From assembly GCA_030704615.1 (NCBI GenBank), contig CM060733.1:32364001-32428000 (forward strand): a DNA stretch of 64,000 nt, in the 5' to 3' direction. Source of the stretch: Takakia lepidozioides. Taxonomy: Eukaryota; Plantae; Bryophyta. Position numbers and translations under genes: made by a program. The notes under the pieces are model-generated. The model ran no database searches, was not told the DNA's origin, and saw only the letters and a list, made by a program, of their open reading frames with translations. Shown here piece by piece: positions 13,101 through 22,977 of this stretch (its first letter is position 1; each line of letters begins with the position of its first letter).

Positions 13101-13703
13101 AAACTGAGCTGGCACGTATTGAACCCGTTGCACTGGAAGGGACTCCCAATCAACAAAACGTAGCTCGCTCTTGCACCCAGGCACACCTGCGAGGGCTTTC
13201 AATTTTGGAATGACACTTGTTATCTCTTGCAATTCGTCATCATCCAATAAGGGAGTTTGCACTGGCGGAGGAATCTCAGAAACATCCTCCGAGGACGAGT
13301 CCGAAAGAGTCACGAAGGTAGTGGATGTGCTCACCTCTTGTTCCACATGAACTGTGCCCTTCTGTTGCACGACCGATGCTGCAGTGCCAGGGGTAACGAC
13401 TGATCCTGCTGATTGTCTTCTCTCTTTTCCAAGGACACGGTATGTTCCTGGAAGGACTCTCCACTTCCTTCCACACTCGCCAACCAAGGGTTTTTCCAAG
13501 TGCCCAGAATCCAAATTCCCATCCTCGTCATACACCTCTTTCTGAACAAGCAGAGAACCCAACTCTAGCGGGAACACTGTAACCAGCTCATCCTCATGAA
13601 CAACTGCATACCCATCGTCGTCTGCAGTGGCAGTCAGTGGAAGAGTACCTGCATTGGAATGGAATCGAGCGAGTGCATCTCGCTCCCTCGACATGTTTTC
13701 CAT
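10123..13703 (-). CDS. MULE-type DDE transposase with N-terminal GCM/WRKY-like Zn domain and C-terminal SWIM finger (2 exons, ~1147 aa)
   Basis: Exons 13703-11673 and 11535-10123 joined in phase 0 by a GTAAG..TGCAG intron. Candidate triad MFDH (~12214), FMADS (~12016), NLAET (~11486); CxxH motif CLFHW; SWIM CTCPDF..PCKH; N-terminal RSVCVGHCKCLNISC..C..C..H.G.H.H. Start ATG is inferred. Confidence 0.82.
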
Positions 13704-14944
13704 CACTGAACGAAACTGGCGATTCAGAACGGAATCCCCGAACTGAGAGCCCGTAATTATCGAAAGTGGAAATACCACCAGCAAACTGAGGTCAACAAGG
13801 GTAGCACCAAACCAAAGGCTGCCGGCGATGCATGCCAAGGATGTAGGGATGACGTGCACCTTCACCTCCCACCAACCAGAAAAACCGTTTTGAAAGACCA
13901 GAGCCACAAGAAGCCGTGCTGTTTTTGGATGGAAAACAAACCCTGAAAATGACATGAAACCATCCATTATGAAATGACGGCAACAACACTGGAGAGCAGT
14001 AAACAGGAAGATCCGATTGTAATGAGATTGTGTTGCGCCAGAATAGCACAGAACAAACACTGACACTCCAAGAGATACCTCGCACGAATGTGTGCAACAC
14101 ATGGTCATATCCGACACAATCCTTTATACCGAATGACCCCATGGGGACGGTCACGGCAAAAAAAAAACCACAGGGCATGCAGTACAACACACATGGATGC
14201 ATATGTGAAGCATAACAATTATTGCGAATCTGGAAGAACTGCTCGGAATTGAAAAAGCACTACATTTCTACGGCACATTCGAATTTGAAAGAAGGCAAGG
14301 AGGCCGCCATGTATTGGCAGGCGGCGAAGTACATCTGACATATATCGCAAATGCATGCAACGGATGTTCTTTTTCTTCGGCGCTTTATTAGCTGGGTAAT
14401 ACAAAGACGCCAAAATGGATGAATTCCGTTCGCACACAATATCAACACCCGCATCCAAATACGGTTGACAACGTCCATTTTTATTTTTGTTACATGCGAT
14501 ACCAGCACTTGTTGCAAACGTCAAACTGGAGAGCTCCAGGGGCATCGTGGGGAGCCCTTGTTTCCAGCGGAGGAGAAAGAGAAGGAAGTCATTATACTTC
14601 ACGAGTTCTAGAAACAGGAATAGAGCTAGATATAGAATGAGGATGGAAAGAGTGGAGGAAGAGGAAAAGGAGGGAATACAGGAAAGTGTGGCGATGGAGG
14701 AGCAGGAATCTGGAGAAGAACAACAACCCACCATAGTTCCAGGAACAGGCGAGGAGGACACTGCGTCTGAGGGAGAGACAGACGACATGGAGGAAGATGT
14801 TAACACTGGCCTCACGAAGAATCTGACCACGGGAAAGAGGAAGGGGGAGAGGCTCACCTACATAGTCGGCGAAGAGAGCAGCCCCAAGCGGAAAGGGTCC
14901 CCGGCAACTGGTGTGAAGAATTCGGCTTTCAATGGCAGGTATTT

Positions 14945-16740
14945 GAGAAAGAAAGAACCATTCAGTGGCAGCTCAAACAGTGTGCGATGCCGCACACTGT
15001 TTGAGCTGCACATGTCACTGTTTAAGGGTGCAAAATTCTTCCTTCAACGACACCTTTCTGAGGATGAAATGAACCCCGCACTGCCAGCTCAAACAGTGTG
15101 CGGCAACGCACACTGTTTGAGCAGATCTTTTCAATGTTTTAGGGTGCAAAATTTGGCCTTGGAGTCAGTTATTTGCGGGTGAAATGAACCCTTCACTGCC
15201 AGCCCAAACAGTGTGCGGCAACGCACACTGTTTGAGCTGAACATTTCAATGTTTTAGGGTGCAAAATTTGGACTTCAGGGGCACCTTTCTGAGGATGGAA
15301 TGAACCCTGCACTGCCAGCTCAAACAGTGTGCGGCAACGCACACTGTTTGAGCTGAACATTTCAATGTTTTAGGGTGCAAAATTTTGACTGCAGGGGCAC
15401 CTATCTGAGGATGAAATGAACCCTTCACTGCCAGCCCAAACAGTGTGCGGCAACGCACACTGTTTGAGCTGAACATTTCAATGTTTCAGGGTGCAAAATT
15501 TGGACTTCAGGGGCACCTTTTTGAGGATGAAATGAACCCTGCACTGCCAGCTCAAACAGTGTGCGGCAACGCACACTGTTTGAGCTGAACATTTCAATGT
15601 TTCTGGGTGCAAAATTTGGACTTCAGGGGCACCTATTTGAGGATGAAATGAACCCTTCACTGTCAGCCCAAACAGTGTGCGGCAACGCACACTGTTTGAG
15701 CTGAACATTTCAATGTTTCTGGGTGCAAAATTTGGACTTCAGGGGCACCTATATGAGGATGAAATGAACCCTTCACTGTCAGCCCAAACAGTGTGCGGCA
15801 ACGCACACTGTTTGAGCTGAACATTTCAATGTTTCTGGGTGCAAAATTTGGACTTCAGGGGCACCTATTTGAGGATGAAATGAACCCTTCACTGTCAGCC
15901 CAAACAGTGTGCGGCAAGGCACACTGTTTGAGCTGAACATTTCAATGTTTCTGGGTGCAAAATTTGGACTTCAGGGGCACCTATGTGAGGATGAAATGAA
16001 CCCTTCACTGTCAGCCCAAACAGTGTGCGGCAACGCACACTGTTTGAGCTGAACATTTCAATGTTTCTGGGTGCAAAATTTGGACTTCAGGGGCACCTAT
16101 GTGAGGATGAAATGAACCCTTCACTGTCAGCCCAAACAGTGTGCGGCAACGCACACTGTTTGAGCTGAACATTTCAGTGTTTCTGGGTGCAAAATTTGGA
16201 CTTCAGGGGCACCTATTTGAGGATGAAATGAACCCTTCACTGTCAGCCCAAACAGTGTGCGGCAACGCACACTGTTTGAGCTGAACATTTCAATGTTTCT
16301 GGATGCAAAATTTGGACTTCAGGGGCACCTATGTGAGGATGAAATGAACCCTTCACTGTCAGCCCAAACAGTGTGCGGCAACGCACACTGTTTGAGCTGA
16401 ACATTTCAATGTTTTAGGGTGCAAAATTTGGTCTTCAGGGGCACATTTCTGAGGATAAAATGAACCCTTCACTGTCAGCTCAAACAGTCTGCGGAACCGC
16501 ACACTGTTTAAGCAGAACATATCAATATTGAAGGGCGCAACATTCGGCCCTCATGGGCAGATATCTGAGGATGAAATGAATCCTTTACTGCCAGCTCAAA
16601 GAGTGTGCGGCAACGCACACTCTTTGAGCAGAACTTTTCAATGTTCTTTCCCTGTGAAAATCGGGAACATAGGGCAGGTCTGTGAGGATCAATGAACACT
16701 TACCTGGCAGCTCAAAGAACACTTATCTGTTTGATCCCAC
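14945..16740. repeat. Tandem array of 116-bp units, each with the hairpin GC(T/C)CAAACAGTGTGCG-GCAA-CGCACACTGTTTGAGC
   Basis: Hairpin starts at 14971, 15087, 15202, 15318, 15434, 15550, 15666, 15782, 15898, 16014, 16130, 16246, 16362, 16478, 16594, plus a degenerate one at 16710. Confidence 0.97.
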
Positions 16741-16810
16741 TTTTTCATGCATCAGTCGACGTTTCATTCCTCTCTTATAAGAATTTGAGTGAACAACCTT
16801 GCAGGAGAAA

Positions 16811-19800
16811 ATGCAAAGTGTGGCGGATGAGGTCCCTCAGGGTCAGGGGAAGGAGACCATAGTTGATGTTGACGATGAATTTTATGAAAGCAAAGCCGCT
16901 GAGATGCTGGGGGGTCAAAAGGTGAACTCTCAGCTTGTGGTTCAAAGTATGCTTGCTCCTGGTGGGAGGTTGAAGATTCCCCTGTGTAGGTTGGTTTCCA
17001 TGCCCGTCGTTCGTCCACCCCTTGTCAAAGACATTCTCAAGCTGGAGGCCGAGTTTGTTCATGGGTATTTGGATGGATCCGCAGTCTTTTACGTTTCTAC
17101 TAGGGATTCTAGAGGTAACGAGCTCCTTGTGGATGAGTCAATCGTCGACTCCTGGGACCCCATTTGGAGACAGGTGAACGAATCCTTCGAACTTCTTCTC
17201 TCCAGGAAACCTTCCACCCAAGTATTCTCGGGGAAGATGTTTCACGTTTGGGATGGCAACCACCGGTTGCTTGCATGGATGGCTGTCATTGGGAGGCTGC
17301 ACTCACATGAGGAAGAGTGGCATTACTTTGTTCGATCGATGGTGCTTGATTGTGACGACAACATGATGGGTCTTCTGACGGCAATGAATGATGTGAACAA
17401 GTTGGTTTCTCATTGTACATGTTGCACTTCTGGTTCCGTTCTTCCTTGATTCAAGTCCTTGAATTACATTCTGAAATTCAGATATCATTCTGCAGAGGGA
17501 CGGAGACATCGCATGTCAAAACGAGTCTGGTTCACACACTGTATAGGATACAAAGGATCGGGCAGATGCCCTTGACCAACTTCAAGACCATCCTTTCGGC
17601 AGAGATGTATAAGAAATGAGAAAGCTCCAAGACTTCGGAAACATGGTACTCGTTGACCCGTGAGGCTTTCATGGAGTACATGTACACGGTGAGATACATC
17701 TTCTTTCATCTGGCCTTTCCATATTCCTGCTTCCACATGTTTGTTTCTGTCTGTCTCCCTTGACCTTGGATTGATGCAACTCTCTTGCATTCCCTTGCAG
17801 CAAGACATTGCAGATGCAGGGGAGCGTGGCAAACTGGAATACTACAGCTCTACCCCTGAGGAGAGAAGGACAACAAAGGGGGTTGAAAGTTACATCCAGA
17901 AGGAGATGAACGCTACAAGAAGGACAATAATGAGTGCTTTTGTGAAGCAGTTGAGAATGGCCGACCCATCATTCGGGCCACAGTTTCTCCTGGAGATAAA
18001 AAAACCATTATAACAAGCCAGGCAAGCCGGAGATGGCCCAGGAGAAGTTGCACAGGTTGTCTACCGCCGTCGTGTCTTCTGAACAGAAGGTGAAGTGGCT
18101 ACAGATATGGAACTCCGATCCCATAGTTAGGGATACCCACATGTTCCCAAGGCCAGAGAAAGAGAAGAAGACCCAGCGTGTCGTTCCTGTCAGTGACAAT
18201 GTGCTGGACACCTAGCTTCACAAGGCCACTTACTGGAGCCAGGTGTGATGTCCTCTCGTATCTCACTTTCTTTTCTCTTTTCCTGTCCTTCTCTTCCCAT
18301 TGCCTCTTACATTCGCTGTGGCTGTTTTTGGGTTCATTCTTCCATTTCAATTGTTTTGCAGTTGGAAGAAAGGGCCCGATCGGTTCTGCATACTCAGCTG
18401 GCTGACTATGGCATCACTATGACAGCTCCAAAGGTCTCCTTCGAAGCTTACATGAGGAAATGGAGAGCCACAGTGTGGCACTCTGGTTTCTTTAGAGAGT
18501 TCAGCAAGGAGGGTGGCATCAGTCGAACAAATGAGCTTGACCAGCAGGAAAAAGGAGAGGAAGCCTCGAAACGATGCCTTTACAGATGCACACCCTTGCA
18601 CTCTTTACTTCTGTTGTGGTTGCAATGTGTTGTGTGGCATACTGTTTAAGGGGGTCTTCCTGGTGTGTTGAAAAAGCTGGGACACAATATGTGCATTGGA
18701 AAATGAGGCTGTGTCTATTCCTGCAGGTACATTAAGTTTGTTCTCTTGGAAGAGAATTGCTTGGACAAACATCCAGATTTCGTGGACCTTTGGCTTGTCC
18801 CTGCTGGCAACCAGACCATGTTCACTGCTGGGATCTTGCATGACTGGGGCCCAGACCATCTTTCTTCTTGTGGTTGGTATTTGGATTGCCCTCCTTCAGA
18901 GACCCCAGCTGTAGAGTTGTCTTTGAGGAGAGAGAATGACCGTATTGCAGCCACTGCCGCAGCAGCGGACCTCGACATTCATGAGCGTAATCTGAGGACT
19001 CTTGCAGAGAAGGAGCCTCCCGCTCAGGATACCCCGGGTAGAGGAAGAAAGGCAAAGGGAAAAGATGTTGCTGGTGTTGTGGGGAAGGGAAGGGGTAGAG
19101 GGAAGGTGGCACAAGGGCAGGGAAGTGTTGCAGCTATTGGCCCTGTGGAGCATGTCCAGCAGACTCCACCGCATGGTAGGGGATCCGGGAGAAAAAACAA
19201 GGGGGTGGTTGATCCCAAGGACCCGTACCATGCAGTGGAACATCCCACGAGGGTCATTCGTCCAACCAGGTTGGAGATTGCCAACGTCGGGTTCCTTGCC
19301 ATGATGGAGTCGAAGAAATCTGATTACAAGGGCGAGCCATCACCAGTGTGGGAGAGGATTGTCGAGTTCCTCAGCACGGTGCGTGTTCTCTTTGGGTTCT
19401 GTGGCTTCTGCTCTCTTTGTCTGCTGTGGGCATGGATCGTTTATAAACTTGTCAGAATTCCATTGTATTTATTTTTGCAGGCTAAAATGACCAAATCGTG
19501 GGTGAACGGGAAGGAGAAGCCATATGCAGCTGAACTCATCATCTTGGACATCCCTGATGGGTTGGCAGTCCCGGATATCCCTCCATCGGGTGCTTGTCCG
19601 GGTTGGAATGCATTTGATGAGCGCTACTGGCGGTGGGTTTTTTCCTTTTGCAACTTCTTCCTTTCCGATGCAGGTGTTTTGGTTCTCATCCAGTCCATCG
19701 ATGTTCGGTGTCGCCGTGCCCTTGCCAGCTATTTGAAAGCCTCGGGCATGAGAGTCGTGAAGACATGGAATTGTGTGAACAACATGTACCTTACGAAGGG

Positions 19801-20541
19801 GGATCGTCCGGGAGAGATGGTGAGTTTCCCTTCTTCTTCCTCTTCTTTTTTGTTCTGGGATTGTGTTGTATAGGTCGCTCGAACTCATATGTAGGGGCCC
19901 GATTTTATTTTGGTTCTTAGTTCCTTGTGGATGTCATGTTCGCAGACTCGTCTGTTTGAAGCTGTTTGTCTCGTCCGGGTGCATCCACCAACGACTCCGG
20001 CCGGCATTACGGAGTTTGCCATCACTCACGGGGGCAAGTTCATAGATGACAGGACAGATCCTCCCACGGATGACATGCATCACAACTACGTCGACAGCAA
20101 CGTGTGCTTGCGAAGGGGGAATGGGGTTCCTTGGAGAGGGGCGAGGGAGAGGAGCCCGACTTTCATTCAAACGATTGTGGAGTGCTGCACCTACACAGAC
20201 GCCAGAGTTCTGGATTTGTCGATGGGCACAGGTTCGTCTCTTCAACATTCACATTTCATGAGGTTTGATTGAGCTTGCACTTTCAGCACTTTCCACCGTT
20301 CCGAATGTGTCTTCAATGTCTGCTTACTTCATTCTATTCCACTGCAGGTGCTTCGTACCACGCTTGCAAGGCCAGTGCGCGACATGTCTTTGGGATTGAA
20401 GGGGATGCTGAGATTTACAAGAACCTCCTGATGGGTTTGGGTGGACACACTTCTCAGGTCCTTCCGAAGCCCCGTCCCGCTGATACTGGTACAGAGGAGA
20501 CTTCTGACAAGGAGCTGGACTCCGACTTTGCCTGTGAGTAA
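16811..20541 (+). pseudogene. ParB/Srx-like domain + beta-class DNA amino-methyltransferase (N6A/N4C fold) fusion gene, 8 exons, ~4 point lesions
   Basis: Predicted exons 16811-17400, 17496-17688, 17801-18242, 18362-18585, 18727-19378, 19481-19819, 19946-20231, 20348-20541. ParB-like KIPLCRL..VRP..FHVWDGNHRLLAW. MTase motif IV-like ELIILDIPDG precedes motif X/I ERSPTFIQTIVECCT..RVLDLSMGTGASYHAC..RHVFGIEGD. Stops at 17617 and 18213, +1 in an A-run at ~18000, AT instead of GT donor at 18586. Confidence 0.8.
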
Positions 20542-21437
20542 GTTCAACCTGTGCATGCTTGCATTGTTGTTTCAATATCGAGAATCGCTGTTCTTGAGGC
20601 AAAGTGCACATGAGAGACATCCTCTTCGTTGGACTTGTGCATTGCATCATTGTGTTAAAAATGGGATTTTGTGGACATGTGTAGGAGTCCGCGTGCTTCC
20701 ACTTGCCCTCCTGGGCTATCACACCTATTTGGACTTGTTTTCAGTCCTCCTCGGTCTTGTGTGCTACCTGTCTATGCGGAGGCACTCGCAGCAAGCATGT
20801 CCGTTCATGGCACTCAAAGTCCACCTTGCGATGGCCTTCGTAGAACACGTGGTGTTGGGGCCAGAATCTTTGTAGATGACATAGCACAGGAGGTGGACAC
20901 TGATTGTGATGACTGCGACACTTGATATGAAGTATTCTTTTGGTTTATTTCTGGGACAAATTTGAAATGGGATGGTTGTGTGTCCTTATTGTCCTCTTTG
21001 CAATGTGTGCGTGGAATTCACATTCATGGTTCCAAACTATTGTTGGAGATGGGGGTTGCATGGACTGCCCGGATTGTTCCTTCAATATATTTGTTGTTTT
21101 GTGGACCTCACAGACTTGAGTATATTGCAAAAACAAACAAACCACTTTGGTTCGTTTACATCATTCTCGCATCATTTGCTAGTACGTCCCCAAACCATTC
21201 CTGCTAGAAGAATGGTTGGTGAATCCATCACGGTGAAGTCCACCTCATCAAAGACTATTCAGGCATTCTCAATTCTCCCCACATCAACCCGCGGAAATAG
21301 GTGACACCACTCGGAAATAGGTGACATCCGCGGAAATAGGCACTGTTTGCATGCTGACGTGGCGTGAGCCTGTGCTGGGCTCACGCTTTCCTGGGCTCAC
21401 AGGCTCACGCCTCCAGGCTCACGGAATAGCACCCCCC

Positions 21438-22612
21438 GTATTTGAAACGTCCTCTGGATCAACAGATTCCAGCCCGCCCTTTGATGTGCAGATCTGCTGG
21501 GCTCAGAAACTATCTTATGTCTGGTTCTTGACCTTTCCTCTAAGTAGGTTGCAGCTCGACCCTGAAGAATGGTCATGGATGGATGGCAAGAAAACTCCAT
21601 TGCTTGGTTACAAAGTCAAGACATGTTACAAAATGCTACTCGGGTAGAACAATTTTACAGCCAAGTGGAATGGCAAATGGAACCTTGACCTGCAAATTCC
21701 TGGTTGGAACTCTATATGGAAGGATATCTGGGCCAAGCACCGTCCGGCCAAGATCAGTGTTTTTTTGTGGAAACTGGCAAACAGGATTCTCCCTGTGGCA
21801 GCTTGTTTCCCTGAGCAGGATACTACATGCCTGGCCTGTAATAGAAACTTGGAAGAATCAGTAGAGCATGTTTTTACAGAATGCAATACTGCTGTTAGAA
21901 CTTGGCAGTTGGTGATAAGGTTCTATCTAAACTGGAAAGTGCCACCTACTGATGCTCCTTTACTGATGCTTAATCTACGTAACGGCTCGATCTGGAGCTT
22001 CTGCCCAATTTGGGCATGCCTAAGGGCACACACTCTATGGGCACTGTGGAAGGCTAGATGTAGCCACGTCTTCGAAGGCAGACATCCAAGCATTAGATTC
22101 ATTCTGTTTAAGCTGTACTCTGAGCTGATGACTGAGGGGAAAAATGCATGGGTGTCATTGGTGGCTGCAACAGGCAGGTGCAGCGAAAGGAGGAGTCGTC
22201 AACTTCTCACGGATTTCGACATCACTTGGGGCAAAGATGACCTCCTGTGCACCAGGCTCGATGAATAGAGAGTCCAATGGCACAATGATATCCCCCGGGC
22301 ATCGCAAGTCGCCGGTTGAATCGGATGGTCTTGATGTCAATTGGAAACATCTCAATCTACGGGCTGCAAAGTCCAAGGCCCACCTGGATTTTGGGGTGTG
22401 AGCTATCACTGCTCTGATGCTGCCGGATTTGATGTGCCAAACTCCGTTTATGATGCAACAATAGACTACTTCTTCTCTTCACTTCTACATCACTGATATT
22501 CCTGCTCTTTGCTAGACAGCCTACACTCCCACTGTCCCCCCCCCCTCTCTCATGTGATTCCCCTTGTGATACGCCTCAACGGCCCCTTCGGAGGTTATAA
22601 AAAAAAGAAAAA
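21438..22612 (+). mobile_element. L1-clade LINE, 3' part (zf-RVT, 3' UTR, A-tail)
   Basis: LQLDPEEWSW, WKLANRIL..CLAC..ESVEHVFTEC..LWALWKAR; ends in TATAAAAAAAAGAAAAA. Confidence 0.9.
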
Positions 22613-22680
22613 GGTGCCGGGATCTGAACCCAGAATCACCTGGGTGGCACCCAGTGCACTATCTACCCACTGGTAGTGAA
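22613..22680 (-). other. Degenerate tRNA-Gly(GCC)-like sequence (SINE head or tRNA relic)
   Basis: Minus strand AGTGGGTAGATAGT..CTGGGTGCCACCCAG..CTGGGTTCAGATCCCGGC resembles D-loop, GCC anticodon stem and T-loop/B-box; no acceptor stem. Confidence 0.4.
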
Positions 22681-22820
22681 AAATTGAAGTTAGAAGGTAA
22701 CTAAAGGGAAGTGGCTCTTGTTTTCGCAACTGCAAGCTAGGGAACATGAGTCACAGGGACATCGGACAGGACATGAAATGAAAGAGGACATGAGGTTGTA
22801 ATTAGGGCACTGAAAAGTTT

Positions 22821-22900
22821 TGTCCCATTTTGTCCCATTGTGTCCCATAAGCCCTCTGAGCTTTCCGCGGACGTTATAAACTACCATTTCATTTCATTTC
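22821..22900 (+). mobile_element. 3' tail of the (ATTTC)n-ending RTE/RTEX-like LINE family
   Basis: CCATAAG..GAGCTTTCCGCGGACGTTATAAA..CCATTTCATTTC, matching 59835-59894. Confidence 0.8.
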
Positions 22901-22977
22901 GTTTCTCTCTCTCTCTCTTCCTTGGTTTGCTTCTCTGGCGTGAGTTGTGCGTGCTCGTATGCCTACACAGGTTTAAC

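Larger units (their letters stand above)
9704..21437. mobile_element. 11.7-kb Mutator-like DNA transposon without canonical TIRs, carrying a transposase, a ParB-like/methyltransferase gene and a 116-bp hairpin array
   Basis: Flanked by direct repeat GTATTTGAAAC (9693-9703 and 21438-21448); removing the insert restores the LINE reading frame (IRVFETSSGS). Both ends are rich in GTGAGC/GCTCAC motifs. Confidence 0.88.

Noticed and set aside
13704-14117. Hydrophobic N-terminal 138 aa of the 822-aa ORF
   Set aside because: F/C/L/V-rich composition typical of translated T-rich intron/UTR, with a non-ATG start; ATG 13703 is more plausible.
14487-15182. Acidic 231-aa ORF as a third gene of the element
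   Set aside because: It is the antisense of a pyrimidine-rich leader/intron of the transposase gene (minus-strand donor GTGAG near 14857) and runs into the repeat array; no domain features.
14945-16740. CRISPR-like repeat-spacer array
   Set aside because: The sequences between hairpins are near-identical rather than unique spacers, there are no cas genes, and the context is eukaryotic.
9704-21437. Helitron, Zisupton/KDZ or bacterial contamination as the identity of the insert
   Set aside because: It has an 11-bp TSD and no Rep/helicase, its core has a MULE-like D-D-CxxH-E pattern, both genes have spliceosomal introns, and it sits inside a plant LINE.
22613-22680. Functional tRNA gene
   Set aside because: No acceptor stem and a distorted D arm; the weaker B-box-like hits at ~6185 and ~35735 were likewise not called.
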